From Amphiscolops sp. MND2022 (lineage: Eukaryota): DNA of 64,000 nucleotides. Location: contig OZ076409.1 of NCBI GenBank assembly GCA_964187785.1, positions 82,958,001-83,022,000 on the forward strand, read 5' to 3'. The position numbers and the translations under genes were made by a program. The notes below the pieces were generated by a model. That model did no database searches, was not told where the DNA came from, and saw nothing but the letters and a program-made list of their open reading frames with translations. Below are positions 27,164-39,149 of this stretch, one piece after another. Each line of letters starts with the position of its first letter. The stretch's first letter is position 1.

Positions 27164-27913
27164 CTAATGTCCCAAAAACATCACCGAAGAGGAACATGGA
27201 GAATATGCCGGTGATGATAATCTTCAACTTGTGCAACGCAAACATGTCTGCGGGCGGAATGTGCTTCAGGCAGTAGAGGTATATCAGATTGAACATCACA
27301 CCTAAAAACAAGTCATTTGCATTAGGAAAAACCATTACTTCATAACACGCAAGAAAGTTATACAGCCAGATTTTTCACGAAACATTTTATAGCCAACTTT
27401 CTATGACGATAGCATCCTAAAAATTAGAGACGACGAAGTTTCGTAAGATGGATGTTAGACTCGACGGTAGAAATCAAAAATGTTCAAGTACACGAAAAAC
27501 CGCTGTTCAAAAAAGTACCAGAAAAAGGTACCGTCCAGTGAAATCCACCATCGAAAAAAAAACATCTCAATGGAACATGATTTCGAAGCCACTGATTCTT
27601 GCGAGCCTCAAGTTGTCAAAAACCGAGACATCACAACCCACTAACCTAGAAGGCCGGTCAACATAACACCAATATAAGGTTTCCAATTTGCCGCTGTATA
27701 CAAAGTAAAGTTTCTTCCCTTGAACTTCAGATAACCAGCGATCAAAACTTGGTAAGCGCATCTTATGAAAATGTACTCGGGAGGCGAAATGTACGAAAAC
27801 TTCCGTGAAGTCATTGTTGCCAGCAGGAACACAACTCCGTCAACAATGCTGATTACATCTCCAATCAAGGTCCGATTTCGAGTCATCTCTTCTCGACGCT
27901 GCTCTGAACACAT
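27164..27913 (-). CDS. Spliced drug/metabolite-transporter (EamA, SLC35G-like) gene or pseudogene fragment; two exons supported (27913-27646, 27301-~27164)
   Basis: The first exon reads GDVISIVDGVVFLLATMTSRKFSYISPPEYIFIRCAYQVLIAGYL...MLTGLLG. A phase-1 intron at 27645-27302 has donor GTTAGT, branch-like CTAAT and acceptor TGTTTTTAG. It joins in frame to GVMFNLIYLYCLKHIPPADMFALHKLKIIITGIFSMFLFGD, matching the EamA-repeat pattern. Confidence 0.6.
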
Positions 27914-28097
27914 AGCAGGAAGTAGAATTTTTCTGGGAGCGGCCTATGACGTCTTCACATGGCCCCTGAAAAAAAATTCGTGCAAATGCAGTTGCTATGT
28001 TAAACCCAGTTATCAACCACAGATCCAGAAAAAAATTCTACCTCAGAGCGAGTCGTTTCTTGTGTGTTATGATAGAGATAGAAAAAACGCACCTTAT

Positions 28098-28380
28098 AAC
28101 AAGCCGGGGACGGCCAAAGTCGGCGCTATATCTATGGCTCAAAATTGTAGAAGGGGGAACCCTTTGGGATTTTTGAAACTCCAGTTGGTTGTACCATATG
28201 AAAAAAAAATTGAAGGGGAGACCCTTTGTAGACTTTTAAAAATATTCGAAAAAATTTCCAAAATGAGATTTTCGAACAGTGTCACAGTGCCGAAAAAAAG
28301 GGGACCCTTTGACATCCAATCTGTTGCAAAATATCAAAATGAATGAAGGGGACCCTTTAACGCAATCCAAAATAATGTCA
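28098..28380. repeat. Probable short non-autonomous repeat with internal AAGGGG(G/A)ACCCTTT sub-repeats
   Basis: Four copies of an AAGGGG..ACCCTTT quasi-palindrome at ~28150, 28213, 28297 and 28346. Ends not defined. Confidence 0.35.
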
Positions 28381-28759
28381 AAAAAAGTGTGAGAGAGATA
28401 AGACCCATATCTCACTAGAGACACCAATTCAGTTAACAAAAAATATATAGCTAAGTCAGACAATGCTGGAGTACATTTACCATTTACTCCTAGAACAACA
28501 AATGAAATAATGCGTTGTTGTCAGGGGATTGAGACATAGCACACGACACAAGATACTATGAGATGGATAGACTTGGATACAAAATGGATTGACTTATCTA
28601 CTGACAAAAGAAAATCTAAATGAACAAATGAAATAAGTATAATTAAATCTGTATATTTTCAGTATTTCAGAATGAACAGGACAACCTACAGCCAAAAATT
28701 CAATGGAAACAAAACTTATAATTCTCCGAATTTTTAGGCATCTCAATATCTGCATGCTC

Positions 28760-31554
28760 AACTTGCCCACACCCGCTGACTTCTGGACGAAAATAACACC
28801 AACACATACTGACTTTATCAAAAAATGCTACTCTGAATTTCAGAGTCTGAAATAGTCCACTGGAAGCCCCAATTTGTCACTCTCAGCAAAAATAAAACTG
28901 GACAATGCTTCATCGAAAGCCTCAGCATTATTTTCGATGAAGTTGCCGAAAAATCACGAAACTCGAATGTAGCACTTTACTTCGCGATAGTAATGCCCCA
29001 TCTAGTTCTGGCCCGTACGAAAGAGAAACGTGAAACATCCATCGGAAAAACCATATAAAGACGAATGGAAGCATGGATTAGCTGCGAATTCGAGGCGCTC
29101 TTCAACGAAACAAAGGCACTGCAGCTACGTATAACAAAAGTGCGGAAAACCCAGAACCCTGATGAAATGAAAAGTTTTGACATCCATATGTCATGCGGGA
29201 AATTCTCGAATGCATTGCGGTGTCTGAATGAGTCTCAGAAAGGCAACGTCCTCTCGCTGCAAGAAAGTGGGGAACAAAATCGTAATGCAAATCCTTCAGG
29301 AGAAACAACCAAAGCCGATGACATCAAAAGACAGCTACGTCACTAACGAAAATGACCACACCCTCGAACACCATCACAGTATTATCGACAAAATCAACGT
29401 CTCGACAGTCCGAAAAACAGCCATGGTAACGCAAGGTAGCCACGGACCATCCGGCGTCGACGCCAACGACTGGCGCAGGTGGCTTTCACATTTCGGTCAA
29501 GCATCCACGAACCTCTGCAAGGCTCTTGCGGTATTTACCCGGAGGCTCGCAACAGAACAAATGCATGATCTAACTCCCTACAACGCATGTCGTCTCATAC
29601 CGCTTGACAAAAACCCAGGTGTCAGACCAATCGGAGTGGGCGAAGTCATCAGACGCATTATTGGGAGGAACATTCTTCGATGCATCGGGAACGATCTCGA
29701 AATCATGGGCCAGAATAGGCAACTCTGCCTTGGTCAAAAATGTGACATCGAACACGCCATTCACCGTCTACGTGAGACGTTCGAGCTGCCAGAGACAGAA
29801 GGGCTTCTCCTGATTGACGCCAAAAACGCGTTCAATAGTCTAAATAGGGATCTGGCCCTGAAAAATATTCAAAAAACCTGTCCATCCATCATAACAGCGC
29901 TCCAAAACTCATACGGTACACCTTCAAACCTTTACGTGAATGAGAAAGTTCTCTTGTCGCAAGAAGGAACTACTCAAGGCAACCTTTTGGCTATATCCAT
30001 GTATGGCATTGCGCTTCTACCGTTAATGGACCTCGTGAACGAAGAAGGAGTGCTTCAAAAATGGTATGCTGACGATGGCAATGTAGCTGGTAGCATCGAA
30101 TCGCTCCAAAATCTCTTCGAAAAACTGAAGCTCCACGGTCCAGGATTTGGATACAACATCACTAAATGTCATCTCATCACGAAAGATTCCTCCCTTGACA
30201 AAGCAAAAGACCTCTTTAAAGACGAGAATTTTGAACTAGTGGGAGGACACCGTGTACTGGGGTCCGTTATTGGATCGTCCGAGGCCTGTCACGCTTTCCA
30301 GTCCTCCAGACTCACCGAGTACACGAACAATGTAAACAAACTTGCGTCACATGCGAAAAAGTCATCACAGAATGTCTATCATGCATTTACAAAAGGTGTT
30401 CAACACCAACTCACCTTCCTGTCAAGAACAACACCCGACATGGAAAACACACTGCAAAACACCGAATCTCTCTTAACGACGAAATTGATCCCTAACATCG
30501 CCGTCCGTGGTCAGTTTTCTATAGCAGAACGTTCTCTTTTCTCCCTACCGCTCAGCAAATGTGGGCTGAATATCCTTTCACCCGAAGACAGAAGAAACGA
30601 TCTGCAGTGGTCAAAGGATGTTACTTTGACCACTGCAGATGAAGAGGATCTAACCACAGCTGAAGCGAAGCAACACTCAACAGTAAACATGATAAGGAAA
30701 CAGAAGCAAAAAAAATCAAAAAAGTAAGCTTGAAGAAATCAAATGCAACTTGAATGACGAACAACGACAGGCAGTTTAACTTGTTTCGGAAAAAGGAGCA
30801 TCCAGCTGGCTAGCAGCCCTCCCACTGAAACGCTATGGTTTCACTCTTACGAAGTTTGAATTTCGGGACGGTTTCGCGCTGCGCTACGGTTGGGAACCAA
30901 ATAACTTAGCTGCCAAATGCCCATGTGGTGAACCCTTCACTGTTGCCCATTCCCTACACTGCGGAAAAGGAGGCTACAATCACATGAGACATGACGAAAT
31001 ACGCGATACGTTCGCAAAGATAATGAAAGACGTTTGCTTCGACGTCGAGGTGGAGCCGAAACTTCAGAGGTTAGAAGGGAAACCTTCGAATATAAATCAA
31101 CTTGCACCGAAGATGAAGCTCGTTTCGATATCAGAGCAAATGGACTCTGGGATTCACGATTCTCGAGAACGTGTTTTGACGTCGAATTTTTTAATCCGCT
31201 GGCCGAGTCCTGTCCGAAAGAAGTGAAGGAAGCGTATAAATATCACGAAACTTTGAAAAAACTGAAGTACGAACAGAGAATCCTTGATGTGGAAAACAGC
31301 TCAATCAATCCTCTTGTCTTCGCGTGTTCAGGAGGCGCAGGTCCTTCAGCCTCGAAAGTTATGTCCCGACTTGCTCTGAAGATCAGCGAAAAGGATAAGA
31401 CAGCTACTGGGACGCCATAGGATACATCAGGACGCAAATTAGCCACGCTTTGCTACGCAGTTCCGTGCTATGCCTCAGAGGATCTCGATCTACTCGCCGT
31501 CAAACTGAGGAGTCATCAATCTCTGCAATGGTTGGAGAGGGAAGGTTGTCGTGA
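28760..31554 (+). mobile_element. CRE-clade (R2-group) non-LTR retrotransposon, RT + zinc finger + REL endonuclease, decayed
   Basis: RT motifs RLIPLDKNPGVRPIGVGEVIRR, LLLIDAKNAFNSLNR, QEGTTQG and WYADDG. These are followed by GASSWL..LP, CPCG...H..HC, RHDEIRD, RFDIRANGLW..FDV, KKLKYE and PLVF..SGG. Frameshifts at ~29265, ~30720, ~31080 and ~31400, an internal stop at ~30778, final TGA at 31552-31554. Confidence 0.9.
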
Positions 31555-32361
31555 CTTACCTCGACGATCCTAATTTGGTGATTCCTGCGATATATTTACA
31601 TCCGATGTTTCTTAAAATTATGATACGATGCTTTAATTTATAAATCTCTCCTCCACTTGATGTTCTTGGTACTTGTTTTATTCAGGGGACCGTTTTTGAC
31701 ACTGTATGGAGGCTCTGCAGCTTGCAGCGATCTGGCTTCTTGCCTATCTTTTTCTGATTGCCCATGCTTCAACTCGGGCTAATTCCATTTCACAAAGACT
31801 CTTTTAAAAAGGTTCCAGTTCTCACGGTCCTTATTTGAAGTTGTTTGGATTTACTTCTAATTGTGGATTGTAGAAAAATATGTTATGTATTATCTGAAAA
31901 ATTTATTTTAATGCTCAACTTGTGAACCACAAAGGATGATTGACAAGACAGTTCTCAGGTAAAAATTGTATTTGACATCGGATGGCGTGGAACAAGAAAC
32001 AGTTGATGTCAGAAGGAAAAGGCTCTTCTTGCTTAGTTTATTTTAAAGTAAATATGATTTGTCCATTTGATATCAGAAGTAACAATTAATTCCAATCTTT
32101 CTGCAAAGTACCATTCTCAATAATTTCATCACGAAGTCGAATTGAAACATCACCCGTAGATAAGAGACATTAAGTCCTTTCAACATTTGCTATCATACCG
32201 TTTGAGAGTTTCCAGAGCGCAAGTCTAGCGATGTCAATTTCAAAAATGAAAGAACGAAAGCGCAGCTTCAAACAGTCTGCAAAAAGCCAGGGCAGAGAAT
32301 CCAGGAACATGGCTGGTAAATCATTGATGAATATTAAAGTAGCAGCGGACCCAATACAGGT

Positions 32362-33127
32362 GGCTTGGGGCAGGGACGTTTCGTCACCAGCCATTTGGAC
32401 GACAAAAATTTCAGCCCAATTCGGTGACAATAATGTTGCGCAAATGTCCCGTAGACTAAATGGACAAATATGTTCACATACCCCTAGTGCCCTAACTGCA
32501 GGAGCGACGTGCCATATGGCCATGCCTCAATGTTGCTACTTGGCGAAGGGAGCGAAGCGACCGAGCCATACAACAAATTTGCTAACCACTTCAAATAAAT
32601 CAGTTAATTGATCAATTTGATCAACCCCTTTTGCTCGACACTTTTGTCGCCCATGTGACCGACGCCATAGTGTCGCCCAAATGGTTGGTGACGAAATGTC
32701 CCTGACCCGGTGGCTTCGGGCAATAAGTTCGATTTACTAAGTTCGAATTTGAACTAGTGCAATAAGTTCGAATGGAATAGTTTCGAGACACCAAATTCGA
32801 ATTTTCATATCGGGCATATCCGGTGTAAACTGGACATCCTTCACACAAGATAATGAGAGCTCCACCGCCTAGGATCTAAAGGAATCAAAAACTGAAATGT
32901 GGGGCATATCCGGTGTATGCACGCTGGCCCTCACCGTCGCAAAGACCAGCTCCCACTACGATCGCTTCGCGATCTCCACTCCCGCTAGGTCTTTGCTCCT
33001 GTTCAACCTCGCTTAGCAAGATTGGAACATCAGCGACGATGCACTAGATGAAATGGGGAAAAATCAGAAGCACGTTTTTAACTTGGTTCAAATTTCGAAC
33101 ACAGTGATTCGAACTTATTACCGTGCC
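32362..33127. mobile_element. MITE 'B' (~415 bp without its nested insert), imperfect ~45-bp TIRs, degenerate 9-10-bp TSD
   Basis: Left arm GGCTT|CGGGCAATAAGTTCGATTTACTAAGTTCGAATTTGAAC versus right-arm reverse complement GGCACGGTAATAAGTTCGAATCACTGTGTTCGAAATTTGAAC. Flanks CAATACAGGT (32352-32361) and CCATACATGT (33128-33137). Removal restores GVPQRPVLGPLL in frame. Confidence 0.75.
32367..32708. mobile_element. MITE 'A' (342 bp), ~38-bp TIRs, 8-bp TSD GGTGGCTT
   Basis: Left end GGGGCAGGGACGTTTCGTCACCAGCCATTTGGACGACA versus right-end reverse complement GGGTCAGGGACATTTCGTCACCAACCATTTGGGCGACA. GGTGGCTT lies at 32359-32366 and 32709-32716. Confidence 0.9.
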
Positions 33128-36100
33128 CCATACATGTCTTTGAGGGACACCACTTATAACACTAATGATGTTTGACAAGTAGCCGCAGAAATAGACAAGG
33201 TGATGTCCCTCAGTGACATAGGAACTTAGAAGTTCCATGATATCATCATCAAGTCCAAACCTGGAAAGTTTCGATAACAGAACGTTCAGGGGAACTTATC
33301 GAATGTTTTAACATAATCAAGATAAAATTATATTGTTGTTCAAACTTACCAAATTGGAGAGTTTCAATGAAAGCAAGCAGCTGCAAGACAGCACTCTTAC
33401 GTAACTGAAATCCTAAAAGACTTGGAAAGAGATGGTGTCTGACTATCTCATAGAGTAAGTTGAAGTCACTCAAATACGAGGAATGTGGTAATATATAAAG
33501 TGATTACTGTATGAATTTTCCCGATAGAAGGAAATGAGGATGTTAAAATGATTGATGAGAAAAGTGGAGAAAAGTAACGCCGAATAATTGTGTGCAAAGA
33601 GGAAGCATTTTACTTGGAAATAGCGGGCGAGTTTACAATTTTTTGAATGGCGTTCAGGATCATAGTTTTGTTGAGAGAGTGAAAAATTTCGACACGTTTC
33701 ACTGTTTTGGAGGACGCTTCTTTCAAAACTAAATGGAGTACATCATCGAAGGTTTCCGCAAAGAAAGAAATAAACGCATTGCTGTTGTCCTCCTTCCGAG
33801 TTAGACGTTCCGATTTGTGGGACATAGTATGCGGAACGTTTGTACCGTTTGAATAATATAGAGTTTTGAACAAATCGGATATCGAACGATTTAGTGTCGC
33901 CCAAATGGTTGGTGACGAAATGTCCCTGACCCGGTGGCTTCGGGCAATAAGTTCGATTTACTAAGTTCGAATTTGAACTAGTGCAATAAGTTCGAATGGA
34001 ATAGTTTCGAGACACCAAATTCGAATTTTCATATCGGGCATATCCGGTGTAAACTGGACATCCTTCACACAAGATAATGAGAACTCCACCGCCTAGGATC
34101 TAAAGGAATCAAAAACTGAAATAGGGGGCATATCCGGTGTATGCACGCTGGCCCTCACCGTCGCAAAGACCAGCTCCCACTACGATCGCTTCGCGATCTC
34201 CACTCCCGCTAGGTCTTTGCTCCTGTTCAACCTCGCTTAGCAAGATTGGAACATCAGCGGCGATGCACTAGATGAAATGGGGAAAAATCAGAAGCACGTT
34301 TTTAACTTGGTTCAAATTTCGAACACAGTGATTCGAACTTATTACCGTGCCCCATACATGTCTTTGAGGGACACCACTTATAACACTAATGATGTTTGAC
34401 AAGTAGCCGCAGAAATAGACAAGGTGATGTCCCTCAGTGACATAGGAACTTAGAAGTTCCATGATATCATCATCAAGTCCAAACCTGGAAAGTTTCGATA
34501 ACAGAACGTTCAGGGGAACTTATCGAATGTTTTAACATAATCAAGATAAAATTATATTGTTGTTCAAACTTACCAAATTGGAGAGTTTCAATGAAAGCAA
34601 ACAGCTGCAAGACAGCACTCTTACGTAACTGAAATCCTAAAAGACTTGGAAAGAGATGGTGTCTGACTATCTCATAGAGTAAGTTGAAGTCACTCAAATA
34701 CGAGGAATGTGGTAATAAATAAAGTGATTACTGTATGAATTTTCCCGATAGAAGGAAATGAGGATGTTAAAATGATTGATGAGAAAAGTGGAGAAAAGTA
34801 ACGCCGAATAATTGTGTGCAAAGAGGAAGCATTTTACTTGGGAATAGCGGGCGAATTTACAATTTTTTGAATAACGTTCAGGGTCATAGTTTTGTTGAGA
34901 GAGTGAAAAAATTCGGCACGTTTCACTGTTTTGGAGGACGCTTCTTTCAAAACTAAATGGAGTACATCATCGAAGGTTTCCGCAAAGAAAGAAATAAACG
35001 CATTGCTGTTGTCCTCCTTCCGAGTTAGACGTTCCGATTTGTGGGACATAGTATGCGGAACGTTTGTACCGTTTGAATAATATAGAGTTTTGAACAAATC
35101 GGATATCGAACGATTTAGTGTCGCCCAAATGGTTGGTGACGAAATGTCCCTGACCCGGTGGCTTCGGGCAATAAGTTCGATTTACTAAGTTCGAATTTGA
35201 ACTAGTGCAATAAGTTCGAATGGAATAGTTTCGAGACACCAAATTCGAATTTTCATATCGGGCATATCCGGTGTAAACTGGACATCCTTCACACAAGATA
35301 ATGAGAACTCCACCGCCTAGGATCTAAAGGAATCAAAAACTGAAATAGGGGGCATATCCGGTGTATGCACGCTGGCCCTCACCGTCGCAAAGACCAGCTC
35401 CCACTACGATCGCTTCGCGATCTCCACTCCCGCTAGGTCTTTGCTCCTGTTCAACCTCGCTTAGCAAGATTGGAACATCAGCGGCGATGCACTAGATGAA
35501 ATGGGGAAAAATCAGAAGCACGTTTTTAACTTGGTTCAAATTTCGAACACAGTGATTCGAACTTATTACCGTGCCCCATACATGTCTTTGAGGGACACCA
35601 CTTATAACACTAATGATGTTTGACAAGTAGCCGCAGAAATAGACAAGGTGATGTCCCTCAGTGACATAGGAACTTAGAAGTTCCATGATATCATCATCAA
35701 GTCCAAACCTGGAAAGTTTCGATAACAGAACGTTCAGGGGAACTTATCGAATGTTTTAACATAATCAAGATAAAATTATATTGTTGTTCAAACTTACCAA
35801 ATTGGAGAGTTTCAATGAAAGCAAACAGCTGCAAGACAGCACTCTTACGTAACTGAAATCCTAAAAGACTTGGAAAGAGATGGTGTCTGACTATCTCATA
35901 GAGTAAGTTGAAGTCACTCAAATACGAGGAATGTGGTAATAAATAAAGTGATTACTGTATGAATTTTCCCGATAGAAGGAAATGAGGATGTTAAAATGAT
36001 TGATGAGAAAAGTGGAGAAAAGTAACGCCGAATAATTGTGTGCAAAGAGGAAGCATTTTACTTGGGAATAGCGGGCGAATTTACAATTTTTTGAATAACG

Positions 36101-37558
36101 TTCAGGGTCATAGTTTTGTTGAGAGAGTGAAAAAATTCGGCACGTTTCACTGTTTTGGAGGACGCTTCTTTCAAAACTAAATGGAGTACATCATCGAAGG
36201 TTTCCGCAAAGAAAGAAATAAACGCATTGCTGTTGTCCTCCTTCCGAGTTAGACGTTCCGATTTGTGGGACATAGTATGCGGAACGTTTGTACCGTTTGA
36301 ATAATATAGAGTTTTGAACAAATCGGATATCGAACGATTTAGTGTCGCCCAAATGGTTGGTGACGAAATGTCCCTGACCCGGTGGCTTCGGGCAATAAGT
36401 TCGATTTACTAAGTTCGAATTTGAACTAGTGCAATAAGTTCGAATGGAATAGTTTCGAGACACCAAATTCGAATTTTCATATCGGGCATATCCGGTGTAA
36501 ACTGGACATCCTTCACACAAGATAATGAGAACTCCACCGCCTAGGATCTAAAGGAATCAAAAACTGAAATAGGGGGCATATCCGGTGTATGCACGCTGGC
36601 CCTCACCGTCGCAAAGACCAGCTCCCACTACGATCGCTTCGCGATCTCCACTCCCGCTAGGTCTTTGCTCCTGTTCAACCTCGCTTAGCAAGATTGGAAC
36701 ATCAGCGGCGATGCACTAGATGAAATGGGGAAAAATCAGAAGCACGTTTTTAACTTGGTTCAAATTTCGAACACAGTGATTCGAACTTATTACCGTGCCC
36801 CATACATGTCTTTGAGGGACACCACTTATAACACTAATGATGTTTGACAAGTAGCCGCAGAAATAGACAAGGTGATGTCCCTCAGTGACATAGGAACTTA
36901 GAAGTTCCATGATATCATCATCAAGTCCAAACCTGGAAAGTTTCGATAACAGAACGTTCAGGGGAACTTATCGAATGTTTTAACATAATCAAGATAAAAT
37001 TATATTGTTGTTCAAACTTACCAAATTGGAGAGTTTCAATGAAAGCAAACAGCTGCAAGACAGCACTCTTACGTAACTGAAATCCTAAAAGACTTGGAAA
37101 GAGATGGTGTCTGACTATCTCATAGAGTAAGTTGAAGTCACTCAAATACGAGGAATGTGGTAATAAATAAAGTGATTACTGTATGAATTTTCCCGATAGA
37201 AGGAAATGAGGATGTTAAAATGATTGATGAGAAAAGTGGAGAAAAGTAACGCCGAATAATTGTGTGCAAAGAGGAAGCATTTTACTTGGAAATAGCGGGC
37301 GAATTTATAATTTTTTGAATAACGTTCAGGGTCATAGTTTTGTTGAGAGAGTGAAAAAATTCGGCACGTTTCACTGTTTTGGAGGACGCTTCTTTCAAAA
37401 CTAAATGGAGTACATCATCGAAGGTTTCCGCAAAGAAAGAAATAAACGCATTGCTGTTGTCCTCCTTCCGAGTTAGACGTTCCGATTTGTGGGACATAGT
37501 ATGCGGAACGTTTGTACCGTTTGAATAATATAGAGTTTTGAACAAATTGGATATCGAA
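32668..37558. repeat. Tandem array, 4 x 1224 bp
   Basis: TAGTGTCGCCCAAATGG starts at 32668, 33892, 35116 and 36340. The copies are nearly identical. Confidence 0.98.
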
Positions 37559-39149
37559 TTAGTAAGATGACATTTAAAATGCCAAATTTATCCAATTTAA
37601 TCGATTGGTCCAAAATTTGTGAGATGTTATCGAGTAAAGTAAGGTTCGTTATTGTAGGGTTACAGAAGCATTTTTTATCGCAATGTTTCTTTTTTTGTTG
37701 ATGAGATGCATTGTATGCGTTGAATAATACCAGGGGTATAAGAGGTGCTTTTTGCGAACAATTAGAAAATTCTTGTCAATGGCAGTCCAGAGGAAGTCAC
37801 GAAAGACGTTAGTAGAATTCTGAGAGGGATAGTCAAAGAAGGTGAAGTTACCAGCAGTTCACAAAAGAATCAATATTTGTCAAATTGTTGAAGTATTAAC
37901 GTGGAGTACGACAGTCTTCAGAAACAGCTCAAGAAGCAGCCTTGATCAACTTCAAAGCTCGGTACATGAGAATCATTGTTAAATAGTATAACATCTGGAG
38001 TGTTACCATCTTTATGGGTGCTACAGATGATTATCGGAAGTAGACCTGATGGAGTCAGGCCGTCAAGGTTTGAAACCTCTCTGGACAAATGACTGCTCAT
38101 TTTATACCAATTTGCTCCCGGTAAGTCAAAATCACCCAATGTACAAATATATGTTTCACTTGCGTTATTTAACGTTGTATTTGATGAGTCTAATATCAAT
38201 ATGTAATGAAATCCAACTTCTCACACTGGTATAAAAGAAGGATCCATGAAGAAACCTTCTTGAACCAGGCTCTTTCAAAATACTTTTTTGTTTCGATCAT
38301 TCATTCGAAAAGTTACGGTTGGGAGTTTAAGATGATTCTTAGAAGCTGTTCTTCCGTTTTTGAGAATCGAAAATATTGAATCAAGTGACTTTAAGTCAAT
38401 TCTTTCTTTCTTTCCTAATATTTCTTCAAAAATTCTCAGAGAGGTTGCGCATTTGTTTCTAGATCTGTAGAATACGGTTCTAAGAGCGCAATGCAGTTGG
38501 TTTTCTAGGAAAAGTAAAAGAGCACTACTAATGTCTTCTTAAAAAGTACAATATTCAAAATGACAACAGCACTTTTAGACGTTTTTTTGGTAGGTTGTTA
38601 CAAATTGTTTGAATATGCCAGTTTTGAAGTACGCTTTTAAATTGAGGTTTGAAAGTTAATTTGATGTAGACGATGATGCCTGAAAACTTTATTTCATTCC
38701 TAAGTTTTATATTGGAAACGGCGACCATAAGTGTTGTGAAATTATTGAACTCTGTCTCATATGCACTCGTCTGTTCACCACTCGGGCCGAAATCGCAGAC
38801 TCATTGGAAAAGGATCTAATTGAGGTGGAAAAAATTATTGAAATCGTTGAAAAGCTTATTGCACAAAATGATTTTTTTCATGTTGAAAAATGGCTTCAGT
38901 CTGCCAAAGATGTTAAAACTCTTGAGAACCAGTACATCTATTATTCATCTAGTTTTCGTGGAAAAATATGACAACCCGTACGCGACAGACTTCCCAATTA
39001 CGAGTCACTTGGCTCCAAGTCCTTTCGTTAAGTTTCTTCCTCGAATCCTTTCGTCTAATATTTCAGAGTCAAATGACCACAAAATCAGGCCAAGTCTATT
39101 CTAACTCAAGCAATTGCTGAAATTAACATACTAAAGTCCAAAAGTCAAG

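Larger units (their letters stand above)
31900..38520 (-). mobile_element. Highly decayed CR1/L2-type LINE (APE endonuclease + RT), interrupted by MITEs and partly quadruplicated
   Basis: APE motifs LGDFDLPGANW and THKDGNTPDVI (37918-38199). RT motifs GFQLRKSAVLQLL, LLSSY...SGVPQ and VLGPLL/LIFINDLP...LFAD. Boundaries approximate. Confidence 0.85.

Noticed and set aside
29228..30727. Bacterial retron, group II intron or DGR reverse transcriptase
   Set aside because: The motifs and the downstream zinc finger/REL endonuclease fit a eukaryotic CRE-type non-LTR element.
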